DNA of 64,000 nucleotides from contig CAWFRW010000007.1 of the NCBI GenBank assembly GCA_963818295.1, positions 74,938-138,937 on the forward strand, given 5' to 3'. This document shows positions 55,405 to 64,000 of the stretch, piece after piece; positions within the stretch are counted from its first letter, which is position 1; each line of letters begins with the position of its first letter. The stretch is from an uncultured Bacteroidales bacterium. GTDB taxonomy: Bacteria > Bacteroidota > Bacteroidia > Bacteroidales > VadinHA17. The translations under genes were made by a program, and so were the position numbers. Below the pieces are notes generated by a model. The model did no database searches, had not been told where the DNA came from, and saw only the letters and a program-made list of their open reading frames with translations.

Positions 55405-56567
55405 AATCATCAATAACCCGTCGCGATTTTCTCATAAAATCATCATTGCCTGCAGTCGCCTCGCTTATCTCCCCGTCAATCATCGGTAGTGTCTCAACAG
55501 GTATGCCGGATGCCCAGGAGATGAAAAGAAAATGCCGGATGAAAGTCGGATCTGATACCGACAAGCTGCCTTCCGAAGTGAAAAAACAGGGTGCTTTTGC
55601 AGTTCTTGATTATCTCCATGCTAGAGGATTTGACGGAGCTTTTTTCAGGCTTATGCTTGATCTGAGCCCGACTCTCGATCATGGTGAACTTAAGGAGGTT
55701 AAAGCTCATGCTGATTCACTCGGATTATTTCTTGAAGCAGGAATTGGATGGGTCAATCCGTATAATACACCTGAAAGACCGGAGATCCGCAGATTCGGAA
55801 ATGGAGATTACCGCCTCGCTGTCGAAAAAATGATTTCAGCAGCACGTATCATCAATTGCACTGAACTATGGGCCGTATCAGCCCACTCAATCCATGGTGA
55901 CCCGTTTTATGTAGCATACGACAGATTCAGAACAGATGTTACGTGGAACGACCAGCTTGATGCAATCGTAAAATTTATCGGCCTGCTGGCCCCGATGCTG
56001 AGAGACCTTGGTTGCAGGATTAATCTTGAAACACATGGCGACGAAACATCATTTGAAGCGATCAGAATTATTGAAAAATCGGGCAAGGATATTGTCGGCA
56101 TAACACTCGATACAGGCAACCTGCCACTGCAGGCAGATGTCCCGCTAAGTTCGATCAAAAGGATGGCTCCATATGTACATCTGACCCATTGTAAGGATGG
56201 TATCCTGTTTCGTACCGATGAAGGGCTTAACCAGCAGATCCGGAGTCTTGGCGATGGGATAACTGACTGGAAATCAGCTCTTGAAATTTTAAACGACCAT
56301 AATCCTGATCTTCATCTTTGTATCGAGGAGTACCGTGCTGAAAATCTCCTGTTCTGGTCAACTCCAAAGTACAGTAAATCATATCCCGATCTTCAGTGTA
56401 AGGATATTGCCGAATTTGACAGATTAACAGGAATATGCGATCAGAAAATCAGGGAAGGAAAAATTCCGGGAGTCGGGGAGTTCCGGAAGATTCCTTTCGG
56501 CGAACCACAAAGGGATGCCTCATATATAAAAGGGCAGCGTATCTCCGAAATGTTATTGAGACGATAA
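55401..56567 (+). CDS. Tat-signal sugar phosphate isomerase/epimerase (xylose-isomerase-like TIM barrel)
   Basis: Intact 388-aa ORF with the ITRRDFLIKSSLPAVA Tat motif and an …INLETHGDE… TIM-barrel metal-site pattern. Its ATG overlaps the upstream stop (ATGA at 55401-55404). Confidence 0.75.
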   Translation: MKSSITRRDFLIKSSLPAVASLISPSIIGSVSTGMPDAQEMKRKCRMKVGSDTDKLPSEVKKQGAFAVLDYLHARGFDGAFFRLMLDLSPTLDHGELKEVKAHADSLGLFLEAGIGWVNPYNTPERPEIRRFGNGDYRLAVEKMISAARIINCTELWAVSAHSIHGDPFYVAYDRFRTDVTWNDQLDAIVKFIGLLAPMLRDLGCRINLETHGDETSFEAIRIIEKSGKDIVGITLDTGNLPLQADVPLSSIKRMAPYVHLTHCKDGILFRTDEGLNQQIRSLGDGITDWKSALEILNDHNPDLHLCIEEYRAENLLFWSTPKYSKSYPDLQCKDIAEFDRLTGICDQKIREGKIPGVGEFRKIPFGEPQRDASYIKGQRISEMLLRR

Positions 56568-56673
56568 ATTAATTGCTAAAATGTCTTCAGTGGATTATCC
56601 GGCCAATCATAGAGATTGAGATAAATTAGGCAATAGAAATTTAGTAATTGATGTAATTTAGAGTGTGAGTGTT

Positions 56674-57381
56674 ATGAGCGAATTAATTGAAATATTAAGA
56701 CAAGAACTCTTAAGTAATGCGGATGAAAAGGTAAAAAAGTCCGGAGAAAGATTTTTTAAGGAAGAGGTCAGGCTATATGGTATAAAATCAGCCACTGTTG
56801 TAAGATTGGAAAGGAACATTACAAGCACTTAAAGGATAGAAAGCAAAGCTGAAATATTCAGTCTTTGCGAAGAATTATGGAAATCGGGAATCATGGAGGA
56901 GTCGTTTATTGCATGCAACTGGTCATATTATGTAAATAAACAGTACGAACAGTCTGACTTTGAAATCTTTAACAGATGGGTGAACAATTATGTAGGCAAC
57001 TGGGCATCATGTGACACTCTCTGCAATCATTCTGTCGGCACTCTTGTCGAAATGTATCCCATCCTTCTTGCAGAACTGAAAAAATGGGCAAAATCGAAAA
57101 ACCGCTGGGTAAAGCGTGCATCCTCAGTTTCACTTATCGTACCTGCAAGGCGCGGATTGTTTCTGGATGACATCTTTGAAATAGCTGATATTCTGCACTC
57201 TGACCAGGATGACATGGTTCAGAAAGGGTATGGCTGGATGCTTAAGGCTGCCAGCCAGGCTCATCAGGAAGAGGTCTTCCGGTATGTAATGAATAAGAAG
57301 GCAACAATGCCCAGAACATCACTCAGATATGCAATAGAAAAGATGCCGGCAGAATTAAAAGCAAGGGCTATGGCAAAATAG
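56674..57381 (+). pseudogene. DNA alkylation repair protein (HEAT-like repeat family), 1-2 frame changes near 56820-56890
   Basis: MSELIEILRQELLSNADEKVKKSGERFFKEEVRLYGIKSA… from ATG 56674. The remainder is in 56893..57381 (…NRWVKRASSVSLI…VQKGYGWMLK…). Confidence 0.7.
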
Positions 57382-57422
57382 TAGTGCCAGTTTTTTACCT
57401 TTGCATTTTAAAAAATTCCGCG

Positions 57423-59114
57423 ATGGTCAGAATATTTTCATTTATTCCTTTTAATTTTTATTCAATTCAGTCTGTTCTCTCAGGACCGGATCACCGGTCA
57501 TGATTTTGCTACAAGATCGGAAGTTATTGCCCGCAACGGGATGGCTGCTACAAGTCATCCGCTTGCAACCCAGGCTGCTCTTGATATTCTCAAAAAAGGA
57601 GGCAATGCAATAGATGCTGCAATTGCTGCCAATGCTGTACTTGGAGTTGTAGAACCAACAGGAGCCGGTATTGGCGGAGATATTTTTGCACTGATCTGGA
57701 GTGCAGATAAAGAAAAGCTATATGGATTAAATGGCAGCGGCAGATCTCCAAGATCTCTTAAAATGGAATATTTCAGGGAGAATGGCTATGATTTCATTCC
57801 TTCATACGGTCCTCTGCCGGTTTCTGTACCCGGATGTGTTGACGGCTGGTATGAGATGAATGAGATGTTCGGACGTCTTTCGATGAAAGATATTCTCCAG
57901 CCTGCAATAAATTATGCCAGGGATGGATTTCCGGTTACTGAAGTTATTGCATGGTCGCTTGCAAGGAACTGCTGAGCTCCTTAAGGACTATCCCAATATA
58001 AAAGAGGTATATATGCCCGGAGGCAAATCTCCTTCAAAGGGGGAAATATTTAAAAATCCGCTGCTTGCAAACACTCTCGAAAAAATTGTAAGAGGTGGCA
58101 GAAATGAGTTTTACAGGGGAAGTATAGCAAGGGATATTGATCTTTTCATGAAAAAACAGGGAGGTTTTCTCTCATATGAAGACCTGGCACGTCATCATTC
58201 CGAATGGGTGGAACCTGTAAGCACAACATACCGGGGCTATGAAGTCTGGGAACTGCCTCCAAACGGACAGGGAATTGCTGCCCTGCAGATGCTGAATATC
58301 CTTGAAGGATTTGATCTTGCCTCAATGGGATTCGGATCAGCTGAATATATTCATGTTTTTACCGAAGCAAAAAAACTTGCTTTTGAAGACAGGGCAAGGT
58401 ATTATGCTGATCCTGTTTTCAGTGCAACACCTGTTGCACAGCTTCTCTCAAAGAAATATGCAGCTGAAAGACGCAAACTTATCAACCCCGATAAGGCAGC
58501 AAAGATCTATGACAGTGGTAAAATAGAAGCAGGCAATACAATATATCTGACAGTTGCTGACAGGTACGGCAATATGGTATCACTTATCCAGAGCAATTAC
58601 AGAGGCATGGGATCAGGAATGTGTCCTACCGGACTGGGATTTGTTCTGCAGGACAGGGGTGAAATGTTCAGCCTCTCAGAAGGTCATAACAATATGTATG
58701 CTCCGGGCAAAAGACCTTTTCATACAATAATACCTGCCTTTATAACAAAGAACCATAAGCCCTGGATCAGCTTTGGTGTTATGGGTGGTGATATGCAGCC
58801 TCAGGGACATGTACAGATTATTGTCAACCTTATTGATTTCAAAATGAATCTTCAGGAGGCAGGTGATGCCCCGAGGATACATCATATAGGATCATCCGAA
58901 CCGACAGGCCAGCAGATGACCGATGGCGGAATCCTTCTGCTTGAAAACGGATTTCGCTGGGAGGTGATACAGAAACTTATGAGACATGGGACATAAAGTT
59001 CAATGGGATCTTGGAGGTTATGGAGGATATCAGGCAATAATGTGGGATGCCAAAAATAAAGTCTGGTTCGGAGCCTCAGAATCAAGGAAAGACGGACAGG
59101 CTGCAGGGTATTAG
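57423..59114 (+). pseudogene. ggt: gamma-glutamyltransferase (at least 3 frame changes)
   Basis: …NGMAATSHPLATQAALDILKKGGNAIDAAIA…, GNTIYLTVADRYGNMVSLIQSN (Thr nucleophile region), MGGDMQPQGH. The tail …YGGYQAIMWD…ESRKDGQAAGY-stop ends at 59114. Confidence 0.9.
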
Positions 59115-59129
59115 AAGGAGTGAAGGACT

Positions 59130-59166
59130 GAGGCGTGAGGCGTGCAGGCGTCAGTGCGTGAGGCAA
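59130..59166. repeat. 7/8-nt stuttered word island GAGGCGT GAGGCGT GCAGGCGT CAGTGCGT GAGGCAA
   Basis: Consecutive near-identical words in the convergent spacer between ggt and the NuoB-like gene. Further GAGG-containing words run to about 59195. Confidence 0.8.
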
Positions 59167-59201
59167 GAATGTGAGGGATGAGGTAGTGAGGCAAGTGTAA
59201 A

Positions 59202-59647
59202 TTATTTTATACCAAGCAAATCAACCAATCCGTTGATAAAAGTAAGCGGATGAACCGGGTTACCCGGAACATACAGATCAATATGATTCTGTTCAATGAA
59301 TTTTCTGTCAAGGGCCGGACTTCCGGCAAAGATTCCTCCGCTTATTGCATCTGTTCCTGCAAGTATTATAATTTTTGGTGAAGGTGTGGCATCATAGGTT
59401 ATCTGAAGCGGTTCAGCCATATTCCTTGATATTGGTCCTGTAATAACAATTCCGTCAGCATGGCGCGGTGAAGCAACAAATTCAATCCCATACCGTCCCA
59501 TATCAAAATTCACATTACCGCATGCATTCAGTTCAAGTTCAGTGCTGTTATCTCCACCTGCAGAAACCTGTCTCAGTTTGAGTGAACCGCTGAAATAGCT
59601 TCGTATCTCCTTTCTGATCAGATCAGGATTGAGTCTTACAGGTTCAT
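59202..59647 (-). pseudogene. NuoB/HycG-like small subunit lacking all four [4Fe-4S] cysteine ligands (start unresolved; likely ATG 59645-59647 plus a one-base shift)
   Basis: …RQVSAGGDNSTELE…RYGIEFVASPRHADGIVITGPISRNM…IIILAGTDAISGGIF…YVPGNPVHP…. The NuoB core is conserved but Cys is replaced at every ligand position. Confidence 0.75.
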
Positions 59648-59953
59648 GCTGAACCTTCTGTTAATTATCAGCCTGTTCCTCTCATTTGCAGAGAGTCTGT
59701 AATCAGTTGTAAAGCTTATTTTCTCTGGAAACAGTCTTGCACATTCACCGCAGAAGGTACACTTGCCAAGGTCAATCGTGAATGGATCGGTATTAATTGC
59801 ATCTGTCGGACAGATATCAGCAATGGCCTTTCCATCAACGCTCTCCATACTTATTTCAGGCCTTCCCCTGAATATTCCGGGAACTTTTGCCGTTGTCAGA
59901 TCAGGAATAAATTGTTTACCCTGGTGATATAATATTTTAAGTGTTCTTAACAT
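59636..59953 (-). CDS. NuoI/HycF-like ferredoxin subunit retaining ligands for only one [4Fe-4S] cluster
   Basis: Intact 105-aa ORF. Motif 1 is degenerate (SVDGKAIADICP, only the last Cys is kept). Motif 2 is CTFCGECARLFP (first three Cys kept, the fourth is Phe). Confidence 0.7.
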   Translation of the reverse strand: MLRTLKILYHQGKQFIPDLTTAKVPGIFRGRPEISMESVDGKAIADICPTDAINTDPFTIDLGKCTFCGECARLFPEKISFTTDYRLSANERNRLIINRRFSMNL

Positions 59954-59974
59954 TGCACTGATTCATTTAAATAT

Positions 59975-61481
59975 CTAAAGATCATGTCCGCAATATGACA
60001 GATTGAAACTCTTGTTGCACACCGGGAAATCTGAAATTTCATTATTCCTCACTGCAAGAGCCAGAGCAAGCCAGTTATGAAATGATGGATCCTTAACCTT
60101 ATATAATAAGCAGCTCTCCATTTTTGTCTGTTATTGCAGCATGGCAGATCTCTCCTCTCCATCCTTCGGTAAGGGATATTGCGAACATATCAGGTTCAGG
60201 CTGAATGTTTCCGTTCTGAGCTCATTCCAGGTTCAGGTATCTGTTGCAGCAATTGCCTTATATAGCCAATAGACTGTTTCACCTCTTCCTTTCTTATCTG
60301 TACTCTTGAATATACATCACCATGATGTTTCAGAACAGGAGCATGGTTAAATTCACTGTACAGGCCATATGGATGAGAACTCCGGATATCCCTGTTCAAT
60401 GCATTCATTCTGGCTGACATCCCAACTGTACCGATTGACAGCAACTGATCATAGCTTAACATTCCTGTCCTTTCAAATCTCGAGAGACAGCTTGGCATTT
60501 TTGAAAGCTCACTGTTCATTTCAATAAAGTCGGGTTCAAAATCATTCAGAACCTTTTCAAGCCTTGCAAGCCAGTTCGTTTGTAAATGGATATGGATTAT
60601 AACCAGCTCTCATCAAGCCCTTTTGCCAGACGGTTGCCGCACCATTCCTGGAAAAAATTAATAATTGGTGTTCTGAGCCTTCCGAACACTGAACTGCCAA
60701 GCTGGTATGCAACATCAGTGCATATAGCACTGAGATCACCTGTATGTATTGCAATACGCTCAATTTCCTGGGCCAGAGTCCTGTGCATAAAGAATATCCC
60801 TGCTCTGCGAAATACCGCAAAGACTCTCCCACAAATAGGCAAAAGCAGTTGTATGACCAACAGCACTGTCACCTGCAACAGATTCAGCCAGAATAGTCCG
60901 CTGAAGAAGCTTCTTCTTTTCAAGAAACAGTTGTTCAACTCCCCGGTGCTGATATCCAAGCTGAATTTCAAGGTGAAGAATCTGTTCCCCGTTACAGACA
61001 AACCTGAAATGGCCTGGTTCAATAATTCCTGCATGAACAGGCCCTACTCCCACTTCATGAAGTTCTTCACTTGCAATATTAAAAAATGGGTAATCAGGTA
61101 TTATTTTTGATTTATCTGCCCTGCTTTCAGAATATCTGACTGGTTTTAGCCAGGGATGGTCATTATATGAAATATCAAAATTTTCATGTATTTCACGTTC
61201 AAATTTTTCAAAGGCAATATTCCTGGCAGAAAAAGAATTGAGGCGAATCTCCATGCATTTACCCTTGATGATGAAACCATTATATTATGCTTGATATCAT
61301 CAGCCATACAACAGATCAGCCTGATTGCATTGCTTTCCCTGTAACCAAAATAGAGAACACAATGTCTGTAAGGACTTTCCTCAGTAAGCGTTGTATTCAG
61401 CTCAAGGAAAATGCTATAGTCCATTTCAGGTATACTGCTTACCGGAACAGACTGATGGTTTAATATTGTTTTCAAGTTCAT
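59975..61481 (-). pseudogene. fused NuoC-NuoD / HycE-like large subunit lacking the Ni-Fe cysteine ligands (at least 4 frame changes)
   Basis: NuoC-like N-terminus (FEREIHENFDISYNDHPWL); GPVHAGIIEPGHFRF; L1 position reads ESVAGDSAVGH; the C-terminus reads FPVCNKSFNLSYCGHDL-stop. Fragments 61146..61508, 60760..61254, 60597..61034 (middle part, …LAQEIERIAIHTGDL…), 60557..60832 and 60196..60519, plus an unlisted tail. Confidence 0.8.
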
Positions 61482-61482
61482 A

Positions 61483-62913
61483 TCAGACGGGTAAAATTTT
61501 AACTGCATCCTGAATTAACTGAACAAATATGGCCGGAGGATTGAGTCCAAGCCAGATAGCTGTAAACATCAGCAGATACTGAGTCAGTGATTCCCATGGG
61601 TTTATCTTTGGGATCTTTGATTCATCCAATCCGGGAACAGGCAGAAACAGGATCTTCAGGATATTCTTTCCAAAAGCCCAGATAACAATTGTAAGCAACA
61701 ATAAAACAATTGCCAGAAGGATAATATAATTTGCTTCAAAGAGTGATCTGAAAATCAGAAATTCACTCACAAACAGACCTGAAGGAGGCATTGCTGTTGC
61801 GCTTATAAAACCAAGAAGCAATACAATAGCCCCGGCAGGATTATATTTAAAATAATTCCCTACATGCTGAATGCTTTTGCTCTGAAATGTCCTGTATAAC
61901 TGGTTAAACTGAAAAAACAGGCCGGATTTTACAAAGGCATGCAAAATAATATGCAGAACAGCTGCATAATAACCAACTCCTCCGGCAGCAATTCCAAGCA
62001 TTACAATACCCATATGCTCAATACCCGAATAGGCAAACATTCTTTTTATATTCATAACCTTTGTCATATAGACAGTTGCTACAAATATTGAGAGGATAGC
62101 TGCTATAAAGATTACAAGGTTTGCCCAATGAAAAAGTGAAGTATGGGAAACAACAGCATAAAATCTGAAGATTCCGACAAAACCAAGATTCATGAGGACG
62201 CTTGCAAGCAAAGCACCTGCCGGAGCCGGTGCTTTATCCTTGGCATCGATACCGGCAGTATACATTGGGACCAAGTCCAAGTTTTGCGGTAAATCCTGTA
62301 AAGATAAAGAGGAAAGCCAGCCTGAGCCAGAATGGATTAAGCTTGTCTCTGTAATGCCATCAGGTTTGAGAAGGAGAGATCATTCGATCCGGCATGCTGG
62401 AGAGAAAGACTGAGAAAAAGTATGCCGATGAAAACAAATGTAATGCTTATTGCACAAATAAATACATATTTCCATGTTCCCTCAAGGGCAAGTTTATTCC
62501 TGTGATGATAAATAAGCATTGAGGCCGAAAGTGTTGTCATCTCGGTAAAAATCCAGATCACTGCAATATGATTGGCAAGATATGCTGCCGTAATTGAGGT
62601 TATAAGAAATACAAGCGCTGCAAAATATATGGCCCGCGACTCAGGTGTTTCATCGTGACGCATTATATACAGATAGCTGTGAAAAAGTGCCGGGATTGTA
62701 ATAATGCTCAAAGTCATAAGGAGCAGTAATCCAAGAGAATCAAATGTAAAATATTCAAGAACATGTGCTCTTATAATTGTAACATGCAAATATTGTAAAA
62801 CAGGTCTGAAGTATTCCGAAAATAACAATGAGAATATTGTTTACAACAGTGTTCCTGTTGGCAAAAATCAGTCCTGAAATTACAAATGCGCTTATAAGAT
62901 AGATCCCGGTCAT
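61483..62913 (-). pseudogene. NuoL/M/N (HyfB/F)-type antiporter-like membrane subunit (at least 2 frame changes)
   Basis: ATG 62911-62913 (MTGIYLISAFVISGL…). Fragments 62337..62828 and 61483..62280 (…FAYSGIEHMGIVMLGIA…ILHAFVKSGLF…). Confidence 0.8.
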
Positions 62914-62924
62914 TTTTTTCTTGT

Positions 62925-63557
62925 TTAATAATCTTTCAAATTGCTGAGCTGATCAACATCAACATCTTTAAATACATCACCGATTTTGTTCAGGAAGATC
63001 CCCAGTATTAAAACACTTGCAAATACATCAAGCATGATACCAAGGTTTACAAGGTTCGGCATTTCGTTCCCGACAGCAAGTGAAAGGACAAAAACACCGT
63101 TTTCAATCATCAGATAGCCCATAACATGGGTAATTATCTTTTTTCTTGAAGCGATGAAGTACAGTCCTGTGAAAAGAGTCGACAATGATACAATGAAGAA
63201 GATCTTATCGAGGTGAGTATCCTGTATTGAATTTGCAAGCAAAACTGTTACCACAACGATCATTGTAATAATTATCAGGGAGACAAAGTGTGGCAGATAG
63301 GGTTCAGTCTCCCTTGTAATTTTGTTTCTCTTTATCAGATAGCCTAAAAACATTGGGACGGCAAGTGCCCTGAATACAATTGTCTCAAGCAGGATCAGTA
63401 CAAGGTTCCAGGTCTGAATATCCTTAAGCTGAAGGAAAGTGACGCCAAAAAGAATAAATCCCTGCAGGGCAAGAACCCTTACATAAGTAATTATCCTGTT
63501 CGCAATTGAAACATATAAAAGGCTAATAATGAATATGATCAGAAGTACGTTTGTCAT
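62925..63557 (-). CDS. HyfE-like small polytopic membrane subunit
   Basis: Intact 210-aa ORF with about 7 TM helices, positioned as hyfE is in Hyf-type clusters (…GYLMIENGVFVLSLAVG…). Confidence 0.65.
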   Translation of the reverse strand: MTNVLLIIFIISLLYVSIANRIITYVRVLALQGFILFGVTFLQLKDIQTWNLVLILLETIVFRALAVPMFLGYLIKRNKITRETEPYLPHFVSLIIITMIVVVTVLLANSIQDTHLDKIFFIVSLSTLFTGLYFIASRKKIITHVMGYLMIENGVFVLSLAVGNEMPNLVNLGIMLDVFASVLILGIFLNKIGDVFKDVDVDQLSNLKDY

Positions 63558-63567
63558 TGTGAATTAT

Positions 63568-64000
63568 TTAAACAAATTTTTCCAGAACAAGCAATACACC
63601 AAGAAAGATTAAAAAGCTGACCGATGAGAGAGCCAGAATAAACTGAGGATTATGGTTCATCCTGAAGCGTGCCATGAATGATTCTATCAATCCTACAGTA
63701 ACTGCAAACAATGCCTGAATAAACAGGTAAAGTGGAATCAGCAAGGGAGAGTGACAATGATCCGATAAAAAAATCTGCAATAATTGCCCCGTACATTGCA
63801 AACTTAAGATAACCGGCTGTAAGTATAAGTCCAAGATCGAATCCGCTGTTGTCCAGAACCATTACTTCGTGAATCATTGTTAATTCAAGATGGGTTTTTG
63901 GGTCATCCAGGGGCATCCTGCTGTTCTCGATCATAGCAATCAGAACAAGTACACCTGCAGCAAGCCCTCCAAGAGTATATGTAATTGATGATCCAAGATG
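63568..64000 (-). pseudogene. NuoH/HycD/HyfC-like membrane subunit (3' part only; runs off the window; one frameshift near 63830)
   Basis: …ENSRMPLDDPKTHLELTMIHEVMVLDNSGFDLGL… (63650..63934) and the tail …FMARFRMNHNPQFILALS… (63568..63834). Confidence 0.75.

Noticed and set aside
59636-59647. Programmed frameshifting or translational coupling at the ferredoxin / NuoB-like junction (ATGAACCTGTAA)
   Set aside because: There is no slippery heptamer or downstream stimulatory structure. Given the abundance of single-base indels elsewhere, a simple indel at the start of the NuoB-like gene is more likely.
59975-61481. Calling the 59202-64000 cluster a formate hydrogenlyase or Hyf/Ech-type [NiFe] hydrogenase
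   Set aside because: The subunit set and order fit. However, both CxxC ligand pairs of the large subunit and all Fe-S ligands of the small subunit are substituted, and no maturation genes follow. A catalytic hydrogenase call is not supportable.

Overview
This is an AT-rich chromosomal window (about 40% GC by eye, not computed) that looks Bacteroidota-like. The signs are a C25 peptidase ending in a T9SS C-terminal sorting domain, TAnnTTTG-type promoter motifs, and many Tat-signal periplasmic oxidoreductases with DUF1080 and Gfo/Idh/MocA partners. I resolve about 52 protein genes. I see no rRNA, tRNA, CRISPR array, transposase, integrase or phage gene. Main blocks: (1) a DUF47-PiT-DUF47 phosphate module (1-2381) plus a second DUF47-PiT unit (48744-50646); (2) a thrA-thrC-thrH threonine operon (13535-17980); (3) an ImcH-like multihaem cytochrome next to a DoxX fusion protein (18299-21441); (4) a gingipain-like T9SS cargo gene (24648-28465); (5) Tat-dependent sugar-oxidation-type enzymes (29111-33248 and 54142-56567); (6) a large K+ uptake island, kimA-like / kdpFABC / 4HB-HAMP / kdpD / kdpE (37072-48467); (7) at the right edge, a six-gene group-4-hydrogenase-like membrane complex whose Ni-Fe ligands and most Fe-S ligands are systematically substituted (59202 to beyond 64000). 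Block 7 is my best candidate for a poorly understood system. About 33 of the 52 genes need one or more frame changes to give the full-length family protein, while three multi-kb blocks are clean. I report such genes as whole-gene spans typed pseudogene, with the caveat that homopolymer consensus errors are a likely cause. Intergenic spacers carry an unusual set of 7-nt stuttered word islands and stacked GC-rich hairpins. All family calls come from reading the translations and from motif memory. No searches were run, and frameshift positions are approximate.
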